Below, piece by piece: positions 26,181 to 39,988 of a stretch of DNA of 64,000 nt. The notes below the pieces were generated by a model. That model searched no databases. It was given only the letters and a program-made list of their open reading frames with translations, and had not been told where the DNA came from. How positions within the stretch are numbered: position 1 is the first letter of the stretch; each line of letters starts with the position of its first letter. This DNA comes from Ginglymostoma cirratum (Eukaryota), in NCBI GenBank assembly GCA_024137785.1, contig JAHRHZ010000020.1:53646551-53710550 (forward strand), given 5' to 3'. A program made the position numbers and the translations under genes.

Positions 26181-28062
26181 CGAAGATTATAGTTTCAAAA
26201 ATAAAAAAGTGGAAAAAAGGCAGGAAATCTGGAAGTGAGGGCAAAAGAGCTTTCACCCCAAGGGTAGAAGAAATCTGGAATGTACTGCCCAGGAACAGTA
26301 GAGGTAGGAACCTCTCACCCTTTTCCAAAGTGGGGAGGGAGAGAAACAAAGAAAGAAACAAAAAAAAGAGGGATTTGGACAAGCACTGTGTGTGTTATAA
26401 TATTCAAGGCTACGTACAAGATGCTGGAAAGCAGAACTAGCATAGACAGGGATGCTTTTTAGTTGGAGGAGTGAGGGGAGGAGCAGAGACAATGAGTCAA
26501 AGGACCACTTCTGCACTGTATGACACTGGTCATTGAAACCAAGGGAGCTTCAGAGAGGCTAAATCATCTACATCTACGCCCAAGATCCAAGAAATTGACA
26601 CTGCAAGTCTGTCCACTCCTATTATGCAATTTTGGAACAGATTCTGCAAAAACTACATGATTCAGTGAAGACCACCCTCAGACTGCAACATACACTCCAC
26701 ATCCATGAGCAGAGAATGTTCTGTCGTTTTGCAAAATTGAATATTAACTTATTGCATTAGGATCACTTTCACAGGTGGACCTTTCTAGTGCCTTCGATAG
26801 GCAGAATTGGGAGATTCTGAAAGAAATAAGTAGCTAATCGTCTGAAGTACATTGGATGTTCTAGCATCACAATTCATTCATGGTTACTTTGAAAGCAATG
26901 ACCAATAGTAACTAAGTATTAAACTATTTGTACTTTTTAAAAAGGGACAAGGATCCAGTACATGGTTGACAAAATGGCTGACTGACTGCAGGAATGTGTT
27001 TTTTTGGGTCCCTACTGCACACCTTCAGCTGTCATTGACAGACAGACACCATTAAGTACAGGAACCTGCACAACAAGATGGGTAATCAAAAAACCCAGAT
27101 GGATTACCATCCATTTGGGATCTGGAGTTCAGGTACAAGAATATGCAAAAAGGTCTAGAAGACAGTGGTAGAGTGGACAGTGTTGGACTCCACCACCACT
27201 CCACACCTTCGTTAACCAAAAATATATGCAGCTCAGACTTTAATCTGTACAAGGTTCCAACATGTTCAAGATCAGATGTCATTATTCCACGCTATCGTAC
27301 AAAATCGGTTAGTGGAGTCACTGTTAAAGGCAAGCAATTCAGTCTTAAGGATAAGGTATTTTCCTCAATTCTGTTCCAAGGTTGACTGAAAAAACTCCAC
27401 ATATCAGGATGGACAATTAAAAAGAAAGTGGAAGTGGAAATTATTCACTACCCCTGCAACAGTGGCTAAGAAGTGTTGGCCATCCCAAAAAAACTGAAGG
27501 ATTTAAACAAGTTTAGAATGAGAAATACTTCTACTGGAGGTCACAGCAGTGCAATTTGATACAGCAGACACATCCTAAAGCTGTTCCATACCCTCAGGAC
27601 TTCCATAAGTTCCCTAAAGTGCACTATCCTCCATCTCACAGCATCCCCTCTCTGAAGACTTGGATGGTCAGTTGCACACAAAGTACTTCATAAGCAAACC
27701 CAAATGGTCACCAGCAAGCTGTTCCATAAGCCTACTTGTGATTTTAAAAAACAAACCACGAAAAAGGTGCAGAAACAACCAAGAAAGTTATTAAATGAGA
27801 AGATCCAAGTGCCATTATACAGATATGCATCCCTAAACCAGAAAACAAACTAAAAAACCCAGTCTATGGAAACACTAGAGCTAGAGGGTACTGGAGTTAC
27901 CTCTTACAAACTCAGCATCTCAAGAAGAAACAAAAAAAAAAGTACAAATAGATGGAAACCCACCATTTCCTTCAAGGCAGAAGTGCCAAATGTCTATGCA
28001 AGGACAGAAAAAAAAAAACAGGACAGTAATTTGCCCAAATTAAAACCATCTCAGCCACTCAC

Positions 28063-28197
28063 AGTCTGCATAGCCTGAAAAGGTGTGGTCTTCATGCTAA
28101 CTGGAGAATTGCTTACTGGAGTCTGGCGTCCCAGTCCTTGAGGTGTTACCATTATTGCATCATACACAGCCGTCTGGTTGTTGGGCAGAGTAGTCAC
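28063..28197 (-). CDS. CAPRIN2: CAPRIN2 coding exon 14 (VTTLPNNQ...TTPFQAMQT)
   Basis: Acceptor ttccaccag, donor ACT|GTGAGT; PFQAMQT joins VFNVNAP; 135 nt. Confidence 0.9.
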
Positions 28198-30114
28198 CTG
28201 GTGGAATTGACAGACAAGCAAGAGAGACTGAAATAACATTCTTTCAAACCCACACAAGCCCTGACTGCCAGGTGTCAGCATTTTCAAAACACACAAAACC
28301 ATTAGTTACCAGTGCCAGAGACAAGTTCACGCTGACAAGCAACCGGAAAGTCCATTTAATGCTGCGTCAAGATATTCCCCCTCCCCTCGAGGGCCAGAAG
28401 TGTAATCAGACTAGTGTATTTTGGTATTGAAGGGAAATAGTGATCCTGAAACTGACACGATTTCATTGAATGAATATTTTTCCTCCAACAGAAAAGTCAC
28501 TCCACTGGACCATGACTTGACAGCAACATAGGTAGGGGGTGCTTAAACCATAGGTGTGCTTTAATACAGTGACTGGCAGAGACAGAGACTGACGCTGCAT
28601 TCTGCACAGAATCTCAGGCTTACAGTCCAATGTTCAGTAGCTGCTGCACAATAGCATCTTAGCTAGTTGTGGGGTCAGGGCCAAACCTCATTTGCAATAG
28701 AGTGAAACAATTCAGTAATCCCTACTGTTTCCCTCTGGGTGGGAAAACTTGAAGCCACACTGCCCCACCCCAACACCACTTACACAAACTGCAGAGTTTT
28801 GCACAAAAGACAAACAAACAGTATTCCAATGCGACATTGGCCTATTTGAATTAATTCATGCATGCATTATTTTAAAATGCAATAATGGCAAGTTCAGGTT
28901 TTTAGTTTGAGTTAGTAACATTTAGGTTTTCAGTGTTTGCTCAGTAATTCACACGCAAGTACTTCTGTAGCCACACTGATTTATTTAAGTAGAGAGAAGC
29001 CTAGTTTTAGAAATGAATGCTTTTGCACAATTTGTTTTTAAAAAAGTCTTTGCTTGTTTTGCAGTCCCACCATGTTAAATAACAGGACCTTCGAATTCTG
29101 GAACTTGAACCTCAGAAAGGAAACACCCATCACATGGACAGGGTTTGTATTTTCAGGTTGGACAGTCCAGTCAGTCCTTGGAAGATTATTAAATTACAGA
29201 CCAGTGCCTGCGTGTAAAACAGTGAACTAGGTTACATTAGAAATAAGAGTTAAACGTTAATGTTAACTCACACCAGAAGTATGGCAAAAATATCTGGGAA
29301 GTTTCTTAAAGCTGAAGGGTGTTTAAACACAGGTGGATAACTCCAGGCAAAAGCCACCTGCAGTTCAATCTACACTATTGGGACCACTTAGCTCCAAACC
29401 AAAAAGGAGAAAAATTGAGTTTAGTTTAGAATTGGAATATAGCTTGTGTTAAGAAAAAAAAAAGACTGATGTTTGCTGTTGGGAAATTGGTCTCAACCAG
29501 TAAGAACATAGGTTAAATTACAACTCTAAGGAACTGCAGACGTTTTGGCACCAAAGATGTCGTTATGCACATGGATTGGCAGCTGATTGACTAGTTTAAC
29601 ATACAATCGAGAGAGAACAAATGTTGGCCGGCCAGCCACAAAATTGATAATGGAGAAAAAGAAAACAGGTGAACTGCCTCAGACTGCATTCTGGGCAGGG
29701 ATAGTTTTTTTTGTTGGAAGCTTTTTGATGGAGTTATCAACTTGTTCAGCGTTAGAGGGAAAAATCTTATTTCTTACAGACTGGGGAAGTCTCCAGAGGT
29801 CAGCACAAGCTATTTACATCGAATCCCCATGTCATCCGAGAAATAGATTCCTTGATGCCAGTAATACAGCCCATTGTCCAGAGATTTCATGAATGCCTGG
29901 CATTCAGAGACTACTACATATTTAGTTAATGATAGTTTCTTTAAATTTATCCCTTTATTGCATCTTAATGTGAGGGCAGGCAGGAGGGAATGTGGGCTTA
30001 TCAAGGAAGAAGGGCTCAGATTGCGGCTATTATATTGTAACTTTAACAGAAAACTACAAACTACAAGGCATTCTTGAATCAAAGTGTGTTTTTAAAATAG
30101 ATCTTATTTGTAAA

Positions 30115-30283
30115 AAGGAGCAAGTTACTGCAGATGCTGGAATCTACAGGAAACAACAGATGCCACAGATCACGGGGGTAAGGTAGAATCCATGGAGGAG
30201 AACAAGCTAATGTTTCTAGTCTAGATGTGCTCTCTCCGATCGATACTGCCTGATCTGTGATCTCCAGCATTTGTTTTCAGTTC
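30115..30283. mobile_element. Older palindromic Penelope-related element with 14-bp TSD
   Basis: Flanked by ATCTTATTT(G/A)TAAA at 30101-30114 and 30284-30297. Confidence 0.65.
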
Positions 30284-31491
30284 ATCTTATTTATAAAGTC
30301 TAGTTAGGAACAAATGAGATGTCAGTGAATTTTTTGGATCCAGCGAGGAAGTTGATTTGGTTTGGCTCCTATCCCATGTTATAGCAACACTAGTGACTAA
30401 ACCTACAGAGGTGTTCGAAGAGACTCTGAAAAGAGGACTGTACATGGGTTGTTATAGGGTACTGTAAGGATTTGTTATTAAGCACTGAAGTTACTTTTCC
30501 TTTAAAAGTATAACACTTTTTTAAATAAATTTAAGAAACTGGATGTTTAGATGTTTGCTGAATGTGTTGCGAGTAGTTTAGCTTATTTTATCTCTCTTCT
30601 ACGAAGCTTGTAAAAGCAAATTCTGGAGCATTATGTATTCATGTTTGAGACAGACTACTTTTGTTAGTGTCAAGAAAATCAAAACAGAAAATAATCAAGC
30701 CAGGTTTCAATCCAGGATCTGACTTGTCCAGTAACAGCTCATTGTACAAGTGTAACTGTCATGGTCAGAAGAAGCTAAGTATTTTTGTGCAACAACCATT
30801 TCACTCAAGCAGGATTTACTCTTAGTGCAAGGCAACTATCTTTTAGATTAGGAATCCTCTGCGCAAGGGTCTCACTATTACAAGCATTCCCACTCACAGC
30901 TGGGAAAACTCAGCAGCACTGCATCACCAAATCACCCAACACTCCAGCAGTCACTGCTAACCAGATCCATTGAACAATCCAAGTCATTCAGCCAGAGCAC
31001 AAAGCCCTCAAAAGATTTACAGGCAACATCACGAGAGTCACAAACTGATCGAGGCTTCAAGTTCAGAGCAGAGAAGGAACTGCTCTTAACCTAGAGATGA
31101 GGAATGGCAACTTCAAATGCTTCTTCGGAATACATCCCTCAAAGGAAAGGAACCAAGTCTCGATAATAAAATGGTGATGAGACTGAAGCCTAAACTCAAA
31201 TTTGGATTATCAAGAACTGAAGCTAGCCATGACAACTAAGCAACAGTCTTGGAATGAGGAGAACTGCCAATATAACCCAATTTCAAAATGGAATTCTGGT
31301 TCCTCCCACCCAAAACCCACTTTCTAATGTTAGTAGATGGTCAATAATCAAAGTTAAACAAGAATGCTGATTTGTACTACGTAACAAGAGAACTTTATTT
31401 AATATAATTTGTCAAAGCTTACAGTTGACACAAAGTCTGGACTGCAGAAGAATCTTTGAACTTTAAATAGTAAAACCACAAGAGAACTCAC

Positions 31492-31605
31492 CTGACTTGT
31501 CTCCAAGGACTTTTGTGTCAGGGACTCAGTAATGGGTGTACTTGTTTGGTATATCTGCGATGGAGGAACGTATGCTTCACTTTCTGAATTGCGTGCAGCC
31601 GAGTT
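31492..31605 (-). CDS. CAPRIN2: CAPRIN2 coding exon 13 (NSAARNSESEAYVPPSQIYQT...ETSQ)
   Basis: Acceptor ttctccctag, donor CAG|GTGAGT; 114 nt open frame. Confidence 0.8.
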
Positions 31606-32994
31606 CTAGGGAGAACACAATCAAGGCCAACTATTTAACTATTACCTTTCACGTTTCACATTAATGTTATCAACAGGCTTAGATACTTGACTACGTCTAG
31701 ACTTATGGATGTGTAGCAGTGAGCTTGCTTATCTCGAACAGAAACAGGAAATACAAAAGACAGCTGCTTGATGTTAACATAAGCAGAAGAGGTTTGTAAG
31801 CAAAGGAATATTTAAGTCCTCAAACTCTGGAATGGTTGCTCCAAGATAATGCTTCAACATACAAAGGCTATTGAAAAGCCAGCAGCTTCTAGATTGAAGT
31901 TAGTTGTAGCTGCATTGCAAGATGCTTCAATTAAGTGCTCTTCTCATAACACTTCTTCCTGTCTCTCACCAATTGTGAGCAGTTAATTAAATGCTTTCAA
32001 AACAGATGTAGATTTGAAAGACAAACTAATATTTGGTTACATGCCTTAATTATAGCACCAATGGCTCAAATACCAAGGCATGGGTTTGCAGCTATGAGCA
32101 TTTCATTAGAATGCCAAGTTTTACATAACACATCTAGACAGTTATTGTGTACTTGAAGGGAACCGTATTTATTTCAGAAGTCTGATTTTTTTGTTTGAAC
32201 CCATTATGTAGGGCATCTTGGACTTGGCTAAAAGTTGGTAGCAGTGACGAGAGGAATAAAGTTGGGCTTGATGAGCCAAAATGACTCATTCCATAAAGTC
32301 ATCCATTCAGCGTCATGGCAGCAACATTGCACAAAACACAAGCCTGGCTCTCCTCCTTCAGCAGTCACCAGTGAAGATGTTACTTGCTGATTGGAACCCT
32401 CTTAGGTCGTTATTCATTTGTAGTAAAAGCAAAGCCAATTGGTTTTTGAAAACAGCGTCTTTACTTCAACTTCATACATGCATATTTTTGCATAAAATGT
32501 TAATGCACTAAATGGGAGACAAATTCATTCCCAATTTCACTGTTCAAAACAGCACTTCTGGCTTGTATAAGTAGTGCTACCATTTTATTGTCAAATCATT
32601 TAAGGGCGGTCTCTCCAAAACAGATGGAGAAACACACCCACAAACCTTTCCAGCATCTAGAATGGTCAATGAAATGAACCAATTAAGACAGATAGGAAAT
32701 AAACCATACCACTATTTTTGCTAAAACACAAACGTCTAATTACTGTTTATTTGCCATGAAATAGTTACATCAGGGCTAAACTACAAAAGGTTAGTACAAG
32801 AGATGAAACATTTGGAAATTTGAAAGATTACATTACATAATGTGCTGGGTTTTGCTCACACAGCTAGATATAAGGAGTTAACATTTAAAGAGAAATGGCT
32901 AGCATTCAAGTTGAATGAAACGGAGATGCCACAACTACAGTCGTAATTATTTGCAAGGATTTGGCATTAAAACTGGTCAGTTACTAAATCTTAC

Positions 32995-33102
32995 CTGTGG
33001 CGTTTGCCCTGAAAGATCATTTGTGGAACCAGATAGTGAAGACTGGTCATCAGAACCTGAACTACCCCCGACACTGGAATGAACAGTCAATTCTGAAGCA
33101 GG
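32995..33102 (-). CDS. CAPRIN2: CAPRIN2 coding exon 12 (PASELTVHSS...DLSGQTPQ)
   Basis: Acceptor ctttgacag, donor CAG|GTAAGA; 108 nt open frame, Ser-rich. Confidence 0.75.
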
Positions 33103-34597
33103 CTGTCAAAGTTGAGACACATTTAGTTCTTACTAGACTTACTGATAAGGGGGGGTGGGGAGAAGCACAAAATAGTTTTTGTCAACCCATTAAGAGTACC
33201 AACCGACATCCGCAAATGTGGGCTAATCTACCTATAGTGATAACTATAGCTCAGCATCTTTGCATATCCTTGTGATGTCAGTAAGAATCAGGAGCCCATT
33301 TGCTATACAGTTCAATCAGTTGACAGTTTTGTTGTCAGTATGACGGCTACACTGGTGGGCCTACTACTCACCAAGAGTCCATTCGTTGTTTGTTACTGAC
33401 TTTTCAGCCATTTCCCCAATACTGCTAATTTTAAACCAGGGTGTTTCTTTTAAAAAAAAAAAAAGGGGGTGAGCAACAAGATCAATTGGTCAAACATAAA
33501 ACAAAGACAGAAGATCAACTGGGCGTTTTTGTTTGAGGTCAGGTAAAGAATTTCAATAAATTTTCCTTTCTCATCAGGATTTTTTGCAAACCAAGTCAAA
33601 AAGAGTTCCAGGAAAAAGGTAATAGGTACAAAGGGTCACTGGTAGCTCAAGGACCAATACGTTATCGTTGAAATGGCACTATTTTATTCTAAGAAATGCA
33701 AAGATTCTAAAACCAGGACACATGGGTATGACATTTTGCATTGTAGTGTCTGTTTATCATACCACATTAGTAACATCATAATGCAAAACAAAGTTCAAAA
33801 ACCTAGAGGCTCTGCTTAAGGAGTCCCATTACAGATGTATTTCTCCTGCTCCCCTCCCCAAAATTTAAAAGCACCTTTAACTGTTTATAATGGGAAAACT
33901 GCACTTTTACCTAGACATCATTTGAGCATTGCAAGGACAGCAAGTTGCCAACTGCTATGCTCAGTGGGAACCAGATGTCAGGTTTGTCAAACTTTCAAAG
34001 TTTAACTTTTACAGCCATCTTCAAGAAATTTCAAATCAGTGTAAGCAGTTCCAAAGAAAGTCATATTGGACTTGAAACATGAACTGACTCTCTCCACTGA
34101 TGCAACAGAGCTAGCAAGTTTTCCCATCCGTGGTATTTTCCTTCCATTTCAGAGTACCAAAGTGACAGAAGGCCCCAAAATTTCTGTGGGGAAGAGACTG
34201 GTGAAGTCAAATTTTACTTCAGAATCCAGCAAGCTGTTCATGCAATTTGATGGGGTTTATCCACAATTAAAGTATTAGAACAGCTGCTCAAGACCGAGGA
34301 GCTTAAACTATAAACCTGAATATTATGAATTTGTGTTAGTGCACCCAACTGTTAACTGTTTCTAGGTCAAAATGAGAGCTCAGTGCAAACAGGTTTAAAA
34401 TGAACCAGCTCCTTCCTGAAGAAAACAAACCCAAAAATCAAAATACCAGCAGCTAACGAGAATCTCAGATCCCAGTGAAAGGGCAGGTACACTATAGCCA
34501 TCAAGTAGCAGGTCACTGAAGCCACTTAGGTCTCCTTCAAAAGAAAGGGACTACAGCCTTTCACACTTGTAGCAAGTAAAAAAGTTATAGTTCTCAC

Positions 34598-34650
34598 CTT
34601 TGGTGGGGATGGAATGGTTTCACTCTTTTGCTGCTTCTGTTGCTTTGGAA
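34598..34650 (-). CDS. CAPRIN2: CAPRIN2 coding exon 11 (VPKQQKQQKSETIPSPPK)
   Basis: Acceptor tctcttttag, donor AAG|GTGAGA; 53 nt converts phase 1 to 0 as required. Confidence 0.75.
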
Positions 34651-36695
34651 CTAAAAGAGAAATATTAACCTGTTATTGAACCAAGAAGCACTCAAAAAAT
34701 CCATTTAATGGTTATTAACAGAAGTCAGAGCGAAAAACCAAACATTTAACTTCTATGGAGGACACTTAAGGAATAGTACTGTCAGACAACAAATTAAACG
34801 TTCACCTCCAGGGTCATTGTACAAGAACAAAAACTAGTTGAGCAGGGAAGTTTTACTGAAAGTGCCATTTGTCCCTCATCCAAGGTTGTTTGAAAAAGAT
34901 TGCAGTCTTGTATGTATTAACCTGTTCTCTAAAAAGATCACTGAACTACTGACTTTGAAAAGCATTTCAAAAATTTAAATGCTGAAGTACTCCACAGGTC
35001 TGGCAGCGTCTAAGAGAGAAAGTAATTCTCTCTACAAAGGGTGTTGACCAGCAGACCATTTAGTCTTTCTCCAGATTTTCAATAGTATTTTAATTCTTAT
35101 AGCATTTGAGACCAGATCACAAAAAAAGGCACAAAGTCAATGACTGTCCACCTCTCACAATGAAGTATTGCAATGCCACGTGCCTAACATTCCCAATGCA
35201 CCACAGCAGGAAGAGATACACTAATTCAAGGCACAAAAGTTGATTTGACAAATCAAATAAAAAAGCAACCCTAGATTGAAGAACAGATCATGTTTGATAT
35301 TAGAACCAGTAAGGCCATCAGCAGATTCACTGCTAAAATACTAACAAGCGATAATGTGAGCATTGAGAATTCAAGATAGATAAGCTTCAAAAGACAAGCA
35401 TTTTGGCTAGAGGAAGGATTAGCCTGACCGAATATCCTAGTCAATGTTACTTGTTTTCTCCACGCCCCCCCCAACACACAAGAGGTCACAGGTGCCCATT
35501 ACAGGCTTTCTAAAAATAAAAAACTGAACATACTTCCATGTTAAAGGAAAGAAACAAAGCAAATTTAAAAAAAAACACAGCCTTAGTCAAGGTTCTCAAA
35601 GATGATGAAGGGGATTAATAAAGCATCAAGATAAATTATGCAACACTGAGCCCAAGCTGCAGAAGGTAAGCAAACTGTTAGCAGTGAAGAGGGGCCAGTT
35701 AGGGAATGGTGAATACGCTCTGGCAGGGCAGATGACAGGGAGGAAGCAAGCGAAGAGTTCTGGAAAAGGTGTTGAAGAGCTAGGAGCAAAAGTAACAAGA
35801 CACAAGTACGTAAACAGGAGCCATTGAAAGCTACATCTAACAGGGAGATCCTGGCACAAGTTTTATATTTCAACTAACAATTTGAAAGAGGACCATACAG
35901 TCACTTGGGCTCAACCCCACCCCCACTCTACAAGTCTAAATGCAAAACCACATCCTGTACACTTACATCTCAATTACATGAAAAAATAACCAAATCCTCC
36001 AACCATTTAGCTGCTGCAACAGATTAATCCCCTCCATCTCATCTCTAGTTGCACTCCTTCTGGCAAGCAACAATTCACCAAAAGTCTGCCAATCACCTAC
36101 AATTCAACACCTTCCCAGGGGATTTCTGCCAACTAGTTTCACCTGCAAACAGCTCACAACCATACCTGGGTTACAAAAGCCCAAACAAGTTGGATGCCAA
36201 TTACAACGGCAACAAGCAAAATATCCTGTTGTCTTGACAGCCATTAAATTCACTTGGTAGCTTAACCTGTAGTAGTTTTTGATGCCAACATTTCCCTGCA
36301 CAAACTGCCAGCTTGCATTTCAGAAAATTTGGACAAGTTTATAGATTTGCATGCCAGTAGCAGTGGGCAGACAGCATAGTAGGCTAGGAGGTCAGACTGT
36401 TTACTGCTTGACCAAATTCTGTCTCCACCACACCCCCTGCACCTCCCCCCCGAAATTATATATAAGGGGCACTTCAAGTGTGCCATTTGATACCAGAAGC
36501 AGTGTTAGTTCACCATAAGTTGTCTTACCAAAAAAAGTGTTGCTCTGAACCACTAACAAAACCCAGTTTCAAAATATCCAAGCTAGGGGAAATACAGCTT
36601 TAAAATCAATTACTGTATATTTGTTCCTTCACTGCAGGCATAACATGCATGTCTGGGCCAGTTATTAAAAAGGGGAGGGATAAAGGATTTCATAC

Positions 36696-36774
36696 CTGCA
36701 GCATTGAGTGATATTGTAGCCTTCTGTGATCCAACAGCACTTGGTGAGGAAGAGTCAGAATCCAACATAGAATC
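36696..36774 (-). CDS. CAPRIN2: CAPRIN2 coding exon 10 (DSMLDSDSSSPSAVGSQKATISLNAA)
   Basis: Acceptor gtcctag, donor CAG|GTATGA; continues the FIQ|DSMLD caprin motif; 79 nt. Confidence 0.9.
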
Positions 36775-38055
36775 CTAGGACAATAATAAAGAGTTCCACA
36801 AAATGGAGTCGGAAGTTACAATTTTGGGTCCTCACTGGAAAATACTTCCATACACTGCTTGCAGAGAGCCACTGTACTAGACAGCAGCACAAGACAACTC
36901 AGTTTTAAAAAGAATGTCATGCATCTCACCGACCTTCAGTGAACAGGAAGGAGTGTATGCAGAGGGAAAGGTTAAACAATTTATATTGGAATGGGTTTTC
37001 GAGCATCATAGTAAAACGTGACTATCTTCTTGGACGGGAAGTTTAAAAGATTTTTTCAACAAGTAGATGAGATGCATTCAATTAAATTTGTAGCAGATAA
37101 GCCAATAACGTTAATGTTAAGAACTGGTGAAACAAATGACTTGAACACAAAGCGACAATGTGAAACTCAAGGAAACATAGGTTGCCATTCAGCCCACTGT
37201 ACCCACGCTGACCTTGGGCAGAAAGCACTGGAGCTAAAACTAGTCTCCCTTCCCCTGACAAATATCCCCGCTATGATGTTTCAATTCTGGACCCCGAATT
37301 CAACAGTACTCCAGGGAAATTTTTCCGGCCAAGAATTTATAGATGATAACTTCAATTTCTTGAATTATAGACAAGCAACACTGACTGGGCCAACATTTAC
37401 TGTCCACCCAGCAGCTGCCCAACCATAACTCTCAAAACTACTGCATACCACAGTTTTGCTACATTAGGAGAACTACAATACTTTAGAACACAAATCAAGG
37501 GAGGTTGCTCATGTCGATTTCAATTTCATGTTATTTCAGCAAACTCACTCATTTCTCTTACTAAGTTCAGCATTCACTCACTGCTTTTACTGGATCTCAC
37601 TTCAACAAAAGTTTTAATCTCTATTTCCTAATCTCATCCTCCCTACCAACATGATACTTTATAGCTCTGCATTATCTTCCCATTTTAACAGTTCATAGCC
37701 CACAATTCTTGATTCATGTTACTATCATCTGCCACTTTTGAAGACAGACCCAAATGCAGGTATCCCAGCAGATCAGAGGAACATCACTGCACCAGTCTCG
37801 ACAGCCTGAGAACCAACAATTTGTCATTACTCTGCATTCTGTCCCTGCAATTCTTTGCCCACATTCACTGCCTCTCTAATCCCACAGGCTTTAAATTTTG
37901 CTAGCATTTGAAAAGGTCTTTTGAAAGCCTATGCAAACAATGGTACCACCATAACATTTACAAAAAGGAGGAACTATGGTCTAAGGGAAAAAATAAAACA
38001 GACACTATTAGAACACTGGGATAGAAATCTGCAGTGTGCAAAAAGTTTGACATGC

Positions 38056-38187
38056 CTGAATGAAATGACATGTCCCTTGTATCTGGGACATGAGGTCTTG
38101 AAGCTTCTGCCTCCTGAGTTCTGGATCCTTTGGCAGTGACGAGGTTGAGCAGAACTCTGCAGCAGCCTGTTGCACTACCTTCGACAC
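38056..38187 (-). CDS. CAPRIN2: CAPRIN2 coding exon 9 (VSKVVQQ...LPKDPELRRQKLQDLMSQIQGTCHFIQ)
   Basis: Acceptor cttttgttag; conserved caprin HR-2 start; 132 nt; donor is CAG|GCATGT (GC). Confidence 0.92.
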
Positions 38188-39622
38188 CTAACAAAAGATT
38201 AGCCATTGCACAAGATTAGTTGGCGTGAATTTTAAGACCAAGACTCAAGCTGCTGCTGTCGCACATCACATCAAAATATGACAAGTGAACATCTGCAGTT
38301 AACATGACACTTCCAGTATTTATGATACATGCCTAGTTCTATCACTTGAAACACAGGTGGCATTGAAATTCCCAAAAACACAGCATGCCTTTCAAAAAGG
38401 AAGTCAGCCTTTGCTACCGCACTACCAGTAGTGTTCTTATTCCTAATAAAGTTGCATGAGCCAAACAGAGCAGAACCAAAAAAACAAACAAGCATTAATG
38501 TCACATCAGATCCCATTTAATCAGATTAAAAAAAGTGTACAGCAATACCTTCAGTAGAAAATCTGGAACAACTAAGTGTTTATGGTAGACCAAGACCTCT
38601 AGAATAAGTGTCTGCAAGCTTTTCCTCGATTGTTTCATTTCACAGCTGGCTCCATTTGGTCAGTCATTTCAAGTTAGGGACAAGCAAAAAGGTTAATACT
38701 TCATTCCTAGATAATGTTCCTGGAGATGAGCTTTTCCCAAATAGAATGCAGCAGACAAGCCATCCAGAAGCTTGCAGTTAGCACACTTCAATAATCTCCA
38801 AACAAAAGTTTCTCCTACCTTGTGTAAATTCAGGTACACCTTACTAATTTCAAACCAACTGTGTGAATTGGTAGCAATCAGTGCTGACTAGAAGGGAAAA
38901 ATAAGCTACCACAATGGAGACGGGCACTCGAACAGAAGACTTTCACCAGTTAGGCTCACTTGAATGAACAGGGTGAAAAGCTATTTTAAAACCATCATTA
39001 ACATTAGTCAGAACATGCTGCCCCAATAGAAACAATGATCTATGTCCTACTTCTAACCCAAATGTGAAAGTGGTAGGGACTTCTCATCTAACTCAACTGA
39101 GAAACTGAAGTAATGGCAGAGAGTCTTTTACTAAGTGTGGCAAGAGAGCAAATACCATCACCACTACTCGCAAGTTCCCCTCCAACTATCTAGCATTGGA
39201 AATACAATTGCTGTTCCTTCATTGTCACTAGGTCAAAATCCTGGAATTTCATTAGGCATTGGGAAGTGTACCTACAATGCACTGCAGTGTTAAAGCTGCA
39301 GCTCATCACCACCACCTTAAAAATGCTGGCCCAGCCAGCAACACCACACCCCACAAGTGAATTTAAAACAAATGCAGTACTAGCCAAAACCCTGCCTACA
39401 CTAGATGCCAACACCCAATTTAGAATGATTGTGCCACCTTTAGAGACAAGTGCCATTAACCACCACCACTGCAGTCTGTGGTTCAAAAGCAAATGTTTCA
39501 CCCACTTGCTTTGCTTCACTTTGTTTTGATGTACGTTCCCGTTTCTAAACAGAAAAACAAAAAAGGACCTTAGTCATGATGTGCAAGCATTTACTGGTCA
39601 TCACAGCTCATCACCTTCTCAC

Positions 39623-39988
39623 CTCTTTGGGTTCCGGCAGAATTCTCTTTGGTTCAGCAGATTCTTTCTGAACAGATGGTGATTCCCATCTTTTTGTCTC
39701 CTGGACTTCAGCATACTGTCCATCCCACTTTTTGGGCTGCTCCTCTAACTTTCTGTTGTTGATATATTCTGTATCTCTTTTCTTGAGGGGCTCCTCCTGT
39801 TTATCAACATACTCATCGTCCCAATTTGCAGGGGGCGATTCCTCATGTTTTCTACTGATGTAATCAGTATCCCATTTTTTGGGAACATCTTCTTGCTTCC
39901 TGCCAACATACTCATTTTCCCAGTTCCTTGGTTTTTCAGGCTGTTTTACAGCATAGTCAGTTTTGTTCATGTATTGTCTATTCAAAAA
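39623..39988 (-). CDS. CAPRIN2: CAPRIN2 coding exon 8 (FLNRQYMNKTDY... W-repeat region ...EPKE)
   Basis: Acceptor cttcctag, donor GAG|GTGAGA; 366 nt; FLNRxYM motif. Confidence 0.9.

Noticed and set aside
29665-29810. Possible extra CAPRIN2 exon
   Set aside because: Stop codons in the needed phase, no good donor, and the surrounding sequence looks repeat-derived.
38271-38516. ORF containing GSCNFI, resembling the caprin GTCNF motif
   Set aside because: The true motif is in exon 38056-38187; this match is coincidental.
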